A stretch of 64,000 nucleotides of DNA. It comes from Octopus sinensis (lineage: Eukaryota). The stretch is taken from the NCBI RefSeq assembly GCF_006345805.1, contig NC_042997.1, positions 202,058,001 through 202,122,000 of the forward strand, in the 5' to 3' direction. The translations under genes and the position numbers were made by a program. Below are positions 24,050-37,610 of this stretch, one piece after another (the stretch's first letter is position 1; each line of letters opens with the position of its first letter). The notes under the pieces were generated by a model. That model saw only the letters and a program-made list of their open reading frames with translations. It did not search any database and had not been told where the DNA came from.

Positions 24050-25110
24050 TAGTATAATTTTTATGATGTGCTTTCACTGCGCAACTCTGTGTACCTTGGG
24101 CATGTGCTGTGGTTTATTGTGGTGCTCTTATTGTCACTGTATTGAAAGGGTTTTACATAGGATGTGTGCGGTGCCTAGTAGTGCTATTTTCTGTATGTTA
24201 TATATACTTGTAAGTCCTGGTGATTTTGTTATGTATTTTTCTGAATATTTTTTTAATCATACCTAATGCACTTATTATGATAGGAATTGTTTCTGTTTAT
24301 AGATTCCACATTCATGTTACCTCTATTTCCAGGGCTTTGTATTTTGAAATTTTCTCCATTTCTTTTAGAGAAACGTTGTCATCTGTTGGTATTGATACAT
24401 AGATTAGAAAACATTTTTTTTCCTTGATGATCTCTGACAACAGTATCTGGCCTATTGTGCATAATTTCTCTATCTGTGTGTCTGTGAATATATTCCTTCT
24501 TAGCCAGGACTGGGCAGCCACAGACAGTATGATTTATTGCTTCTTGTCTATCACATATTCTGTAGTTACTTGTATTTCTTTTCATTACATGTTTTTGGTA
24601 ATTTTTGGTGGGGAGGCTTTGGTCTTGTACTGCAATTAAAAACCCTTCAGTCTCTGCTTTGAGTCCTGAGCTTCTCAGCTATTGTTGGGATTTTACTTTG
24701 TCTATTTCTTTTCTATTTAGTTTAACAGTTTTTTCCATGAAGGGGCTTTTCTTGCCATCATTTTATCATGATCTGTTGCTGTTCTAGTTTTAGTTTGGGT
24801 TTCATTTGTTTTACAGCTTTTGTTGTTTCTTCTTTTTCTTTATAGTCGTTAGGTAGTATGACTTCTTTTTTTTTTTTTTGTCAGCTCCCTTAAAAACTGA
24901 AAACAATTTTTTTGTTTTGTTCATGTTTTGTGGCTATTTGTATTAGTTTTCCTTGCTTCTAAAATAGGTATTTCTGTAGTCCTATGGTGGTTATTTTGTA
25001 ATAATTTTCTAGCTGTATAAGGCCTCTACAACCTTCCATATATTGTATATATGACTTTTCAATGTCAGAATAGTGAGTAAAATAAAATTTGTCGCAAGTT
25101 AAGCATACCC
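24050..25110 (-). pseudogene. R4/Dong-like non-LTR retrotransposon 3' part (CCHC knuckle plus restriction-like endonuclease), decayed
   Basis: Minus-strand RGLIQLENYYKITTIGLQKYL, RICDRQEAINHTVCGCPVLAKKEYIHRH, HNRPDTVV...CFLIYVSIP...EKISKYKALEIEV...QKIALLGTAHIL; stop at 24134-24136. Confidence 0.88.
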
Positions 25111-25841
25111 AGTTCTGTGATATATATGCGTGCATTTATATGCATGCACATGTATGCCATATGTGTGTGCATATAAAAACAAAAGAAAGGGACAAAAAAT
25201 TTTCAATTTTGTTATAAAACTTTGATGAATGTTATAGAGAAGGCTACTGAAGTATGAAGAAATGAAGACAGAAAACAGTTAATTACTTATTGAACTCATT
25301 TGTGGATCCTATTGGCTTCTTTTGATTTTATGTTTTAGCGATTGAGAAGAAGTGTTACGTTTTGTCTTTGCTCCAAACATTGGTATAGGTGATGTGACTG
25401 GGAATCAATCTCACAGACTTGACTCTCAGGAAAACATCCAAGAAAAACGAAATAAACTACTGTGTAATGTTGACTTCCAGTAATCAGGAAATAAACTATT
25501 TAATGTAATTCTTATGATAATTCCTATTAACAACAAATTATTTTTAAAAACGCATAACGATGTCTTGGAGTTGATAACTTAGATAGTGAAATATTTTTGT
25601 TTTGTATTCACTAAAGATAACAAGAATATCATCGACTTTGAAGAGTTCTCCACCACGAAAATTCTCAGTCTGGAAGACTCTTTCAGGAGACACACTTTTA
25701 CTTTTTTACTTTGCTTTTTTGTCAATTACCAATGACAATACTACCACCAACACCCGCAAGAATACAATAAATATTATCTTGGCAATCCATTTCTTGCTCT
25801 TTCATACAAGCTTAGGAAATGGAAATGAATTTTTTCCTAAA

Positions 25842-25842
<1 letters not shown>

Positions 25843-25919
<77 letters not shown>

Positions 25920-26233
25920 ACTCACTCCCTCACTCACTCACTCACCACTCACTCACTCACTCACTCACTCACTCACTCACTCACTCACTCACTCACTCAC
26001 TCACTCACTCACTCACTCACTCACTCACTCACTCACTCACCACTCACTCACTCACTCACTCACTCACTCACTCACTCACTCACTCACTCACTCACTCACT
26101 CACTCACTCATCACTCACTCACTCATCACTCACTCACTCCTCACTCACTCACTCACTCACTCACTCACTCACTCACTCACTCCTCACTCACTCACTCACT
26201 CACTCACTCACTCACTCACTCACTCACTCACTC
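25843..26233. repeat. Compound (TC)n(TCAC)n microsatellite
   Basis: Seen directly; source of the SLTH ORFs. Confidence 0.97.
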
Positions 26234-27199
26234 TGTTGCATTCACAAATTGTAGGTTTGGCTTCCAGGCAAGGGGAGGTTGGCAACAACTGTAAAGATTG
26301 GGTAAGGCTGAAGGGTAAATGTAGGGAATCATTGAATAGATTTGATAACATCATGATAGACATAATCAACCCTTTTGCTGATGGCAGGCTCTTCAGAATT
26401 CAGGAAACCAGCTTTGAGTGTTGCTGAAAAGCTTCTGTTTATTTAAACAATTATTCTTCTGCATAAAATTCTTCTCTGCTAGGGTTTCTGAAAGGTGACA
26501 TGAAAGTGATACAATCCTGTAATTGTTTGTTTGTGATAAGTGTCTTCACTTTCACACTTTATCAACGGAGTCAAAAGGCCAGGTCAGCTATCTAGACAGG
26601 TTACTGAGTCAGTTATATCATTGCATTTATTCTTAACAGAATAGTTATGATTAGTTCACTGCTAGAATATATCAAAGTGCAGTCTATTGTTCTTTCCATG
26701 CTTAAGAGGGACACATTTGTATTGCTCTTTGCATTGACATCAAATCTGGGAAGAATTTTAGAGCAGACTACTTTCTTCCTTTCTTTTTTATTTCAAGACT
26801 AAATTCTCATAAGCATAGCAGAAGAAAATCTTTGGAAGATTTAACTTTATCTGCTTAGTCAGTGAGGTTTTGTGTTCTTGATTGTTATTCTTAATAAAAT
26901 GTATCATAGCAGCTACATTCAATATTTCACTTCTCTTTCAATTGTTTCTGTGAAACTTTATAATTAATCTCTTTAGCAATATTCAAACATTTACTTGTCT
27001 AGATTCGCCTGTACCTGGAATTGTATGGTTGCCAGCATGGGATTTGACTGACTGCAGTATATCTTGGTACAGAAATTTGGGATGAACCTGCCTGGAATGC
27101 TCATGTCTATGCAATCAAAGCTGACCAGGGGTTAAACAACATCTTTTGCTAAGTACATTAGTGAGATTTTTGTTTTAGTCAATGGAAGAGTGGCGAAAG

Positions 27200-27660
27200 C
27201 ACCAGTGTCCAGAGGAGTGGACATTTTTGGAAGCAGGATGCATGCAGCTGGGCATTTCAGTTGTGCAGGGGTTATTGTAGCAGTGGCAAAGAGGAAGAAC
27301 ATATCTGTGAACCAGTGCTTATAATAGGAATAGATTCTTTATCAGCTCAGAGATCAGCTTTCTGAGAGAAGTTGAAACGGAGATTGTAGTTGAGATGGAA
27401 TTGATGGTTTAGAAAGAGATGGATGAAGAATAGGTGTTGGAAAAGAATTTGGTTAACAGTTTACATCTTAGCAAGATGTGGTGTACAGGTTCGGTGGTTG
27501 ACTAAAATTCATAGATGTTGGTGTGGAGGAGAAAGAATTATTTTGTGGATTGGTTCTCAGAGTGGAAGTAAAGATGGTACTGATTTGGTTAAAGTTTGGT
27601 TTCTATAGATTCAGAAGCAATTATATACAGTGTGTTGTATTGATGTCTTCAGGAAGAATA
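27200..27660 (-). pseudogene. Possible heavily decayed Penelope-like element linker/GIY-YIG region
   Basis: Minus-strand KPNFNQISTIF...MNFSQPPNLYT resembles the PLE YxP...F/YRQPPNL linker; many stops. Confidence 0.3.
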
Positions 27661-29212
27661 ACTGAAAGTGAGAACCATGACGTGTACACTTTTAACTGAA
27701 AGCAAACTTCAGCATCTTAAAATACCAGCTCAAGCATGTTTCTTATACAGTTTCACATTTGCAAACACTATAGATTCTTTCCATAAGGGCAGTGTGTGTG
27801 TGTGTGTGTGTGCTTTGTGCTGTATTGAATTTCTGTAACTGCATATCATATAGTTCAAGATGCATTATTGTGAGAAAGATATGAAATTCAAATTGATATA
27901 AGCATGATTGTCATAATGGCAAATTGCAAATTTATTTACTTTTTATTTATTTCCTAATCTACATATTTCAATTTAAGTAATGGGAAAGACTGTTGCTGGG
28001 AAAGATAGCTAAAAATAGATCAATGCATTAAGATATATGTATATATATATGTGTGTGTGTGTGTGTGCGTGATGGAACAAGAAAGTGTCAAAGTAGTAGC
28101 ATGTTGATGTTTTAAATATCAACAGCTCCAGTTTCGACCAATTCGCTGAACTATGAGGCTATCGACTGTGTTGTATCTTCTTCCAACTAATAAATGGTTT
28201 TCTATATTGCAATCATAAATTGTGTGATTAATGTGTTGGACAATATAAATGTGCCAAGCAGTATATTTGGAAACCTAAAAACAAAAACAAAACCCAAAGA
28301 AATATGTTTGTTTTAGATATATGAATGAAACGCTGGGTTCGTATGAAGCAGAAAAGTTTTTGGAAATTAGTGGTGTCAATAACAATGACGAGTGAAGTTT
28401 TCACAGGAGCAAAGTGAGTAAAGAGAGAGGAAGGCTGTAGCCAAAGTATCTGTAGATGGAAGAAATAAAGTAATTTATGTTGTCATGACACAGTGACAGT
28501 TCTTTGAATAATGACAAATAATTAGGAAGTAAAGCAAGAATAAAAAGCAAAAATGGGCCCAAAGGAATCTACAGCAAGAAATACATTTATAAATATATCC
28601 TTTAGTCTGATTTTATTAGCGACAGCATTTAAAGTGTTTCCTTCGAAACCTCACACGTTCTTTCCAACTGCTAATTTACAAGAACTCCAACCATAACTAC
28701 ATTAACATCACTTGTCTGTTCTTTATATCTTAACAAAGGGATGAGAGAGACAGAGGACATCAAAATGTCAAGAATGTTGCTCACTCTGTGATGTTATGTG
28801 TGTGTGTGTGTGTTTGTGCAATAATGATATCTAAAGTCAGAGATGTTGCCATTGTATAATTCTGATTATGTCTAACCTAGCAAATATGTGACAGAGCATA
28901 TCGATGTGGTATCAACTCTTTGCTCTGAGTCCAAATCCCGCTGAAGTGAACTTTGCCATTCACCCTTTAGGGGAGCTCAATAGAAAAGCACCAACCTTGG
29001 TTGGTGGAACGGTAAGATCATCATATCGGATGTCATACAGTATCTGTCCCAGGTAAAGTATTGTAAGTTCAAATTTCATCATGGCCTACCTGGCTAGGTA
29101 AACCCAGTCTGCTTCTTGGTGAAAATACAAGCACTGTCTTTCTGCTTGACTAAAGAACTTCAGGGAAAATACCTTGCTATAGTATCTTCTCTCATGTATG
29201 TCAACATAGATG

Positions 29213-29552
29213 CAGGCATGGCTGTAAAATAAGAAAGTTTGCTTCCCAACCACATAGTTCCGGGTTCAGTTCCACTTTCAGCAAGTGTCTTCTACTATGC
29301 CTTCATGCCAGCCAAAGTCTTGTGGGTGGATCTGATAAACAGAAATTGAAAGAAGCCCCTTGTATGTGTGTGTGTGTGTATCCTTGTGTCTGCTCCATCA
29401 CTTAGTGGTTTGGCAAAAAAGATCAGTTGATTAAGTACCAGGTTTAAAATATAAATAAGTACTGGAGTTGGTTTGTTCAACTACAATTCTTCAAGGTAGT
29501 GCCCCAGCATGGCAACAATCTAATGACTGAAACCAGTAAAAGGTAAAAGATA
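29213..29552 (+). mobile_element. SINE group A, older copy
   Basis: caggcatggctgt head, ccagcatggc...tgactgaaac tail. Confidence 0.8.
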
Positions 29553-29712
29553 GACTATCAGTAAAGATTAACAATTCAGTAAAGATTAATAATTGCATGT
29601 GAAATTCTATTTTTGTCTCAAAATCTGAATTGGTTGTGATGTGTGAAGCTTACTTTTAAATCATAAGTAGTAATGTTTTATATGCATCGTATAATAATGA
29701 TTTATGAAAGAG

Positions 29713-29930
29713 GGAGGCAAAGTGGTTGAGTTCCTTTCAAGAATTGGGCCCCATGGAGGCAAAGTGGCTGAGTTACTTTCGAGCATTGGGCTTCATGGAG
29801 GCAAATTGGCTGGGTTATTTTTAAGCATTGGACCTCCCGGAGACAAAGTGGTTGAGTTCCTTTTGAGTGCTGTGCCTCTCGGAAGCAAAGTGACTGAATT
29901 CCTTTCAAGTGTTGGGCCTCACAGAGGCAA
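29713..29930 (+). repeat. 42-bp diverged tandem repeat, 5 copies plus a partial one
   Basis: Unit ggaggcaaagtggttgagttcctttcaagaattgggccccat. Confidence 0.9.
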
Positions 29931-30202
29931 CAACCGAGACCTTTGGCATTATGTCATGCTTCAGAAGAAGACCCATCAAGCCAAGTAAAATCGCAGTCAT
30001 AGTAGATACTGGTGCCACGCAAATGGCACCCATGCCAGTGGCATGTAAAAGCACCCATTACACTCTTGGAGTGGTTGGCGTTAGGAAGGGCATCCAGCCA
30101 TAGAAAGCATGCCAAATCAAACTGGAGTCTGGTGCAGCCTTTCAGCTTGACAGCCCTGGTCAAACCATCCAACCCATGCCATGATGGTGATGATGATGAT
30201 GA
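29900..30202 (+). mobile_element. RTE-type LINE 3' end that includes the last codons of the ORF
   Basis: VLGLTEA../RDLWHYVMLQKKTHQAK* resembles the RTE terminal DRxxWR motif and runs directly into the group B core and (gat)n tail. Confidence 0.75.
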
Positions 30203-30660
30203 GTGAGAGCAGACGAAATTGACCAAAACCCCTAATGAAGCTGCTAGATCAATGACATCATTCGTTTTAATTAAATGTAGTGACTGACTTTAAGTTTGTA
30301 ATTATATATTTACTTTGGTTCAATTGTTACAATGTTTTCCCTGTTGAGAATGTCATTAACTTTATTTTTATTTTAACCTGAAGCACCATATTAATTTAGG
30401 TAACAGTTTGCAGTATTTTAATTCAAAAATAATTGCTGCCAAAATATTTCCTTTTTAAAACGAAAAAGAAATGTATTTCCATTCTTACAGTGCAAGAACA
30501 GTCTTTCATAGAAGTCACATTTCCCACAATTTTCAAACTAAATTAATTATATTCTCTTAATTATGTTCACTTAATTGATAAGTGCTACTATAAATTAATC
30601 ATTTTGTTAAATGAGAAATGAAATTGTTTGAAATTATGTTCAATAAATATATATATATAC

Positions 30661-30691
<31 letters not shown>

Positions 30692-33600
30692 AGTAGATAG
30701 AAAGAGTTGTCTGGCAAAGTATATAACTTCATTTATTTTATAAGATTCTTTTTTTTTTATGAAATACATTTCTGTTATAAATCTATGAAATATGGATTGG
30801 AGAAGGAAACATTGAGTTCAGTAATATCAAATTAGTTACAGTATAGCCATCATGTAAATCATCGTGATGATAAATCATTACTTTGTTCATGTGTGTGACT
30901 TGTATCAGTGTAGTAAAACCCATTGGTAAAACTGATCAATATTTTTTGTTATTGGGTAAAATTTTTACTGTGTAAGTTTTTTTGCTTCCTTTGTTATAAC
31001 AACAACAATAATAATAATGATGATGATAATGATAGTTATTATTACTATTATTATTATAAAATTTGTTTAGTTACATATATTTAGATCAAAAGTTATTGAT
31101 ACCTTCATCAATACCACATATAAAAAGAATGGAATTAGTTAAGTTGGATTGATTAATTGATTTTAGCAAACCATATTATAGAATGATCTGAAATATTTAT
31201 TTGCTTGAAATTGAAAGCCAATTTTCTTTGATACGATTTTGTAAATGAAGCGGCCAAGGGAGGTCACTGGAGATAGTGAGTCACAGTGTAAAAGATGAGT
31301 ATGTCTTGATTCAAGTATTGATTATATAAAAGGTGGTGGGTATATAATACTGTGGTTCTTGCAAAGTAAACCATGTCTGGATGCGGGTCTTGTTACATGT
31401 TAACTCATTATTGAACCCCACAGAAGATTAGGAAGGTGAACTCCATTGTTGCTGAGACAGGATTAGAGGGAAAAAAATTCATACTAGAATGTTGAATTTA
31501 TAGGAAATTTTGAGCTGAAGGCAGGAGTGCACTAATTTGTCTGCTGCAAAATGAGCCACGTGTTTATGTCATGCACGATTTCAATTAGGCACTCATAGAG
31601 GTAGATTAATTAAATTGCTTTGTTGAAATAGGTGATAATTCTAGAGAAAAACTATGATTAATAAATTGATAAGGGTTTGCCATCTAGGTAAGTGGATTCA
31701 GTGATACTTAAGAGATAATAACTTAATCAAACTACATCAGTTTGGTAGCCAAGTGGTACAATGTGATAGAGTTGTGTGTGTTTAATGTAATTTGTCAGTG
31801 ACCAAAGGAGCTGGAGACGAAATGTTGAAGACTTTAGCATGCCTGACTGATAGAATTATTTTGGTTTATAAGAGGAGGCTAGATTTGACAAGAGATGTCA
31901 ATACCCAATTAACCAGGAGGTATGAAATTTTAACCTGAACTGCAAGCTGTTATTTCCAGTTACTTGGCAATAAAATCAGATATTAACCATGCAACTATGA
32001 ATAAAAAGGGGAAAGCAGAGAAGATGGATAACCAAGTCAGACTGATGAGGTCTAACTTACAGATGTGGATATCTTCTTTGGCTTCCCATCATAGGTCAAT
32101 ATTGACTGTTCTTGTTCAGTAATCATCTCTGGCAGGCTCTTATGTGAGCTATATGACCTGCTCTTCTGAAGCTATCTGATGCAATGGAGAAGTGTTGCCT
32201 CTCGTGCTCTTTCCTATTCTCTCTGTTGTTTCTCTTCAATGGATGGAATTATGAATTTCTGCAATTCATAGTGCCACAGGGCCTTCTCCTCCCATGTATC
32301 TGTGGAGATGCCAGAGTTCTTCATATCTCTTTTCAGCTCGTCCCTGTATTGCAACCTCCAACCACTATGGTTCTGCCTGCCCTGACAAAAGATTTAAGAT
32401 TATACTTTTCAAATAAAGGAGGTGACAGTCAATCTTTTGGTCAACCCAAGGAAACTGTTTCCAGTGATTTTATTTGTTTTCAGATTGCTGATAACATCTG
32501 TTGTTCAAAACTCAGACAGTAGTGTCGATGGATTTTGTTACAAGGTAGGGTCTGAACACTTATGCACAGACCCAGAGCATATACCACCAGACATCCTGTC
32601 AAACAATTTCACCAATCTACCACCATGAAATAGTACAGGACCAACAGGTATTGGAGGGGAGGGTTGGCAAAGCAGCAAGGGTCATAGTTTTGAGGCAGGA
32701 GAAATAGGGTAGATACCCTCGTATGATTTGCTGGTTATATGGTTTAGCTCTGACCAGTTCTGAGTGGACAGGGCTATGATCAGACATTCTTGGAATCACC
32801 ATCTCATAGTATCAGATATGTGTAGTTTCAGAGAAATTTGGTTGATATTTCTAGTAGGTCCTTCAACAGTTTAAAAGTTCCATCAATAACTCATGCCTCT
32901 TATTATTCAGTTAGAGCCTTAAAATTGTAATTTCTGTACAAAACCAAGGCAAAAATTGGTTTGTTTCTTTGGTAAGCTGCACGACTCGACTTTCAATGAC
33001 CACCATCTGAATTTTACTCTGTGTGTGTGTGTGTGTGCATATGTGCACATGTGTGTTTGTGCATTTGTGTGCACATGTGTATGTGCGTGCCTGTGATTGT
33101 GAAAAAAAAAGAGCTTTATATTTCTTGCAATTTCTGCTGATATACCTGTATTCAAAGATGTTATCTGCCAGCAGATGATTTGGTAAAGAATTAAGAGATG
33201 GAGAACGATAAGGAATAATGCGATAAAGCGATGGAGATAAATCAGCATTAGCAAGATGATACAATACAAAGCTTTCTTTAATTAAATTTTATTACCAACT
33301 TGTGTATAATTATACACACTTTTATATTTCACCAGTGAATTCTGAGATATTCACAGAATAATTCATGTCTTTCATTACAGAATCTATTCTACTTCTTAAA
33401 CAATTGAGCTTCTAGGAGCTTTTACTTGGTTTTAATGCCAGCCCCTCACCCACAAGTGCTTTTAACGGATTCACACTGTGAAGACATGTAGCCTACTGGT
33501 TAAAGTGTTGCATTTACAATCACAAGGTTATGGTACATTTGATTTCCAGATCAGGCAGTGTGCCATGTTCTTGAACAAAATATTTCAGTTCATGTTGCTT

Positions 33601-34022
33601 TACAATCACTTTGGCACTTGATGCATGGTACCCTCTGCACCTGTACAAGTGGTGTCAATTTTATTGAGGTTAGGGTGAGGTAATGTACCTCAGAAGCATT
33701 CAGTTATATTAACCCCATGTCAAGAGTTCTTTTTACCAGGCAACTAAGTTGCACTGACAGTAATTGGCTCGACTAAGATCAGCAATTACTGCACAACAAT
33801 GGTTCAGCATATATTTACATCAACTGCTTTAAAGCATGCACTGTTTATTTATGTGAACTGTCATCACTGCGAAGACTGTAAATTCAATGAAACTGGTGTA
33901 GTTGGATGTAAGTCTAAATTCCATAAAGGACCAGAAGAATTTGCTGAATGTGTACGAATTTGATAGGAAGTCATAGTGGAAATGGTTGTGTAAACGCCAG
34001 AACTGCTGCTTTTATACTATTA

Positions 34023-34265
34023 CTAGCAGTATTGCCCGGCATTGCTCGGGTTTGTTTCGACCCTTTAGAATTGGAATTTTTGAAAAGTAAAAATTTTGCA
34101 TTATGTAGCTTGTTATTCTCTTTAAGTGAACATTTTTCTGGTTGAAATACACCGAAAAATGGTGACACAGCAGTCAAAAAGTCGTAAAAAATAGAGATTT
34201 TCATAGAAAAGTAGGCACCTTTTTGATGTAAATAATTTTTGGTGTTAACGTGGTCCGATTTGAAG
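34023..34265 (-). mobile_element. Helitron, 5'-truncated second copy
   Basis: Reverse complement of about 10508-10759 with CTAG end and GC hairpin. Confidence 0.85.
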
Positions 34266-34794
34266 CTTGCCATCAGAAGTAAAAGATGAAGTAAAATATT
34301 AACAAAATAAAACAAATACTGTGATGTCTTATGTAGCAGCAGGTCAGTTCCTCACCCCCTTGCTGATTCTAGAAGAAAATGGATGTGATAGTCATTGCTG
34401 GAACATTTGTGATTATGTCTACTCAAACAGGACTGACCCAGGGTTAATCAACAACAACAACATTAAAAGACACTTGCAAGAGTGACATGATCAATGGGGA
34501 GATTCCAGGGGTATGATGTTCTGGGGAGGAAGGACTTTGCATAAGGATTAGTGTGGGTGGGCCCTTGTGGGTTGTATGCATGAAGAGTAATGAGAAGAGA
34601 AAGAGAAATCGGTCAGGGGTACGTGTGTGGAGGAAGTACAACCAGTCAGATTTAAGGAACAGAAGCCACTTTAGTTGCAATGGAAAAGACAGAGAGAGGA
34701 AACGGCAGACCTGTAAGCCAGAGGCTGGAATGAATGAGTTAGTGATTTAATGCTTAAATAACCACATTAGTCATAGATTGTTTATAGTCATAAT

Positions 34795-34965
34795 AATATT
34801 GATTTCAAATTTTGGCACAAGGCCTGCAATTTTGGGAGAGGGGTTAAGTTGATTAAATCGACCCCAGTTTTCAACTGGTATTTATTTTATCAACACTGAA
34901 AGGATGAAAGGCAAAGTCAACTTTGGTGGAATTTGAACTCAGAACGTGTAAACAGACAAAATGTA
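34795..34965 (-). mobile_element. SINE group C, partial
   Basis: gaaaggatgaaaggcaaagtcaac...gaatttgaactcagaac. Confidence 0.8.
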
Positions 34966-35089
34966 TATAGTCATAGTAATATTAATTAATCCACTAAGAT
35001 GTTTTAAAAAAATTGAACCAATTAGAGTCTTTACATGGTTACTCAACTTGCTAGAAATGGTAGCCAAATTTTTCCTAAATCATACCCTA

Positions 35090-35493
35090 GGCGCAGGAGT
35101 GGCTGTGTGGTAAGTAGCTTGCTAACCAACCACATGGTTCCGGGTTCAGTCCCACTGTGTGGCATCTTGGGCAAGTGTCTTCTGCTATAGCCCCGGGCCG
35201 ACCAATGCCTTGTGAGTGGATTTGGTAGACGGAAACTGAAAGAAGCCTGTCGTATATATGTATATATATATATATATGTATGTGTGTGTTTGTGTGTCTG
35301 TGTTTGTCCCCCCTAGCATTGCTTGACAACCGATGCTGGTGTGCTTACGTCCCCGTCACTTAGCGGTTCGGCAAAAAGAGACCAATAGAATAAGTACTGG
35401 GCTTACAAAGAATAAGTCCCGGGGTCGATTTGATCGACTAAAGGCGGTGCTCCAGCATGGCCGCAGTCAAAATGACTGAAACAAGTAAAAGAG
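35090..35493 (+). mobile_element. Full-length young SINE group A
   Basis: ggcgcaggagtggctgtgtggtaag...gggttcagtccc tRNA-like head, internal microsatellite, gactgaaacaagtaaaagag tail. Confidence 0.92.
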
Positions 35494-36581
35494 TACTTGT
35501 TTTAAAAACAAATGAAGGATACAATGAATAAGGAAGTCCTGGATACAGCGTCTGGAAAATGGATGCGAAAGTCATAGCTGGACCATTTGTGATCATATGT
35601 CTACTCAGACAAGGCTGACCCAGGGTTAAAAAATAACAAAACAACAACACAGACATTAAAAGACACCTGTAATCTCCACATTGGCAAAAATCGATTCCAA
35701 GACCAGATAACATCGGTGTTTAGTGAGAAGAGTTAAAATGTTCTTCAGACACATAAAGTCTATCAGGGGCTTTTAAATGTATATTCACCTTGACTAATAT
35801 CCACTTCATTTTCAAAATGACCATTCCATTTAAATAGTTATTCTCAGTAGAGATATAACGCTAAAGCATCAAGCTGAGCTCCGGCAGAAGTTTCTATAGA
35901 ATATCTAAAATATCATGACAGGTTGATGTAATGTTCTTTACTCCAGCAACCAACTATTTGCTTTAGTGAATAACAACTTTTCAGCGAAAATTCAAAATTC
36001 TTGAATACCTGTGAGATTTAGTGCTGTAAGCATTTAGGTTAAATTATTTGGATTTAAAAAAAATTTATTATTACTATTATTATTATTATTATTATTTGAT
36101 GCAGTTACTGCATTGTCTGTAAAGTCTATCTTAGTTATTCTTTCACCAAATGATTGTGGAAACGATGTTCAGTGACTGACATTGAAATATATTGATCAGC
36201 AGTTATTTTTTTTTATTGTGTATTAAAAAATGTAACTTTACTCCAAAATGTGAACTATTTATAAATTGCTGAAAGTGGAAATGCTTAAACTCTCATGTAG
36301 TACTTTGGTAGAAGTTCTTTGTTTACCATCATCCCCAGCAGTTTTGGAAATTTATGAGAAGAATATGAATTAATACAGGGTGGGCATGGCTGTGTGTTTA
36401 GGAAATTCTCTTCCCAACTACATGGTGTCAGATTCAGTCCTACTGAGTGGCACCTTGGGCAAATGTTTTCTGCTATAGCTCCAGGTAATCAAAGCTTTGA
36501 GTGGATTTAGTAACTGGAAACTCAAAAAGGTCATCATGTATGTGTGTGTATGTGTGTGTAAGCTTGTTGCCATGTATAAGT

Positions 36582-36921
36582 GCTGAGACCCCCTTCAGTC
36601 ATGACTGACCGTGGGATTGCACCTAGAAAATTACCCTCCCATGCACAAGTCCGGGCAAGGTTGTTTGTGGAAGACCAGCAGTTGCCCATGAATACCAGAC
36701 TCCCCTCTCCATGCCACCGGTGTTATCCAAGGGAGAGGCAAAGGGGCCAATACAGCTTGGCACCAGTGATGTCACAACTCATTTCTACAGGTGAGTGAAC
36801 TGAAACAACGTGAAATAAAGTGTCTTGCTCAAGAACACAACATGCAGCCCTGTCCAGGAATTGAACTCACAACCTCACAATCATAAGCTCGACGCTCTAA
36901 CCACTGAGCCATGTGCCTTCA
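36582..36921 (-). mobile_element. SINE group D with 12-bp TSD, nested in an old group A SINE (about 36378-37115)
   Basis: ccatgtataagt at 36570-36581 and 36922-36933. Confidence 0.9.
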
Positions 36922-37413
36922 CCATGTATAAGTAGTGTCATTGTTTTTGTTGTCATTTTTATGAACAAATCATGTTTGTTTCATGCATGGATGATGCAAG
37001 ATAACCCTTACTTGAAAGATAGGGAGGTTAGCAGAAAGAAGGGCATCCAACTGTAAAACAATGTCTATAATATATTACTCTAGTCCTTGCTTTCATGGAA
37101 ATACCAACATAAAAATAAATGAATAATGTTACAAAATTATCTAATCTTCTAGTTTGACATCACAAGATATCTACAAATCTGTGATTTACTTCACTAACCC
37201 AAAACGTTTGGTTGGTAGACACCCTACCACACACACACACATCTCCCTTTTTTTATTACTATCATTGATGTTTTGTATACTGTAATAGATAAAAGATTCT
37301 CTAAAATAAATTTATTAAAACCCTTTTAAATTTATTTTTATTTATTATTTTCTCTTACAGTAAACACTAAATCTTTTACAAGAGAAAAATATATCCTCTT
37401 AATACTATGTTAA

Positions 37414-37610
37414 CCCTTTAGCATTTAAACCAACCAGAATATTCTACCTGGTTTAATGTTTAAAGCAGCCAGACCCAGCAATTTACACCTACCTTACACA
37501 CCTTACTCTGTCATTGTAAAAGTAGACAATCCCATCATTAAAATCTTGAAGCTACGAGATAACGCATGAGTAAGCATCACATTTGACAGAGGAATGTAAA
37601 CACTAAAGGA
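37414..37610. mobile_element. TTAA-flanked MITE, second family, diverged
   Basis: TTAA both sides; ccctttagcattt / cactaaagga termini; reverse match to 50120-50347. Confidence 0.75.

Noticed and set aside
25602-26427. 230-aa and 202-aa ORFs
   Set aside because: Open only because (TC)n and (TCAC)n lack stops in those frames
28120-28190. Minus-strand hammerhead-like ggtcgaaac near (TA)(TG)
   Set aside because: First core box reads UGGAAGA and stems I and III do not pair
35090-35165. tRNA gene
   Set aside because: A and B boxes are present but continue into a SINE body; no convincing cloverleaf
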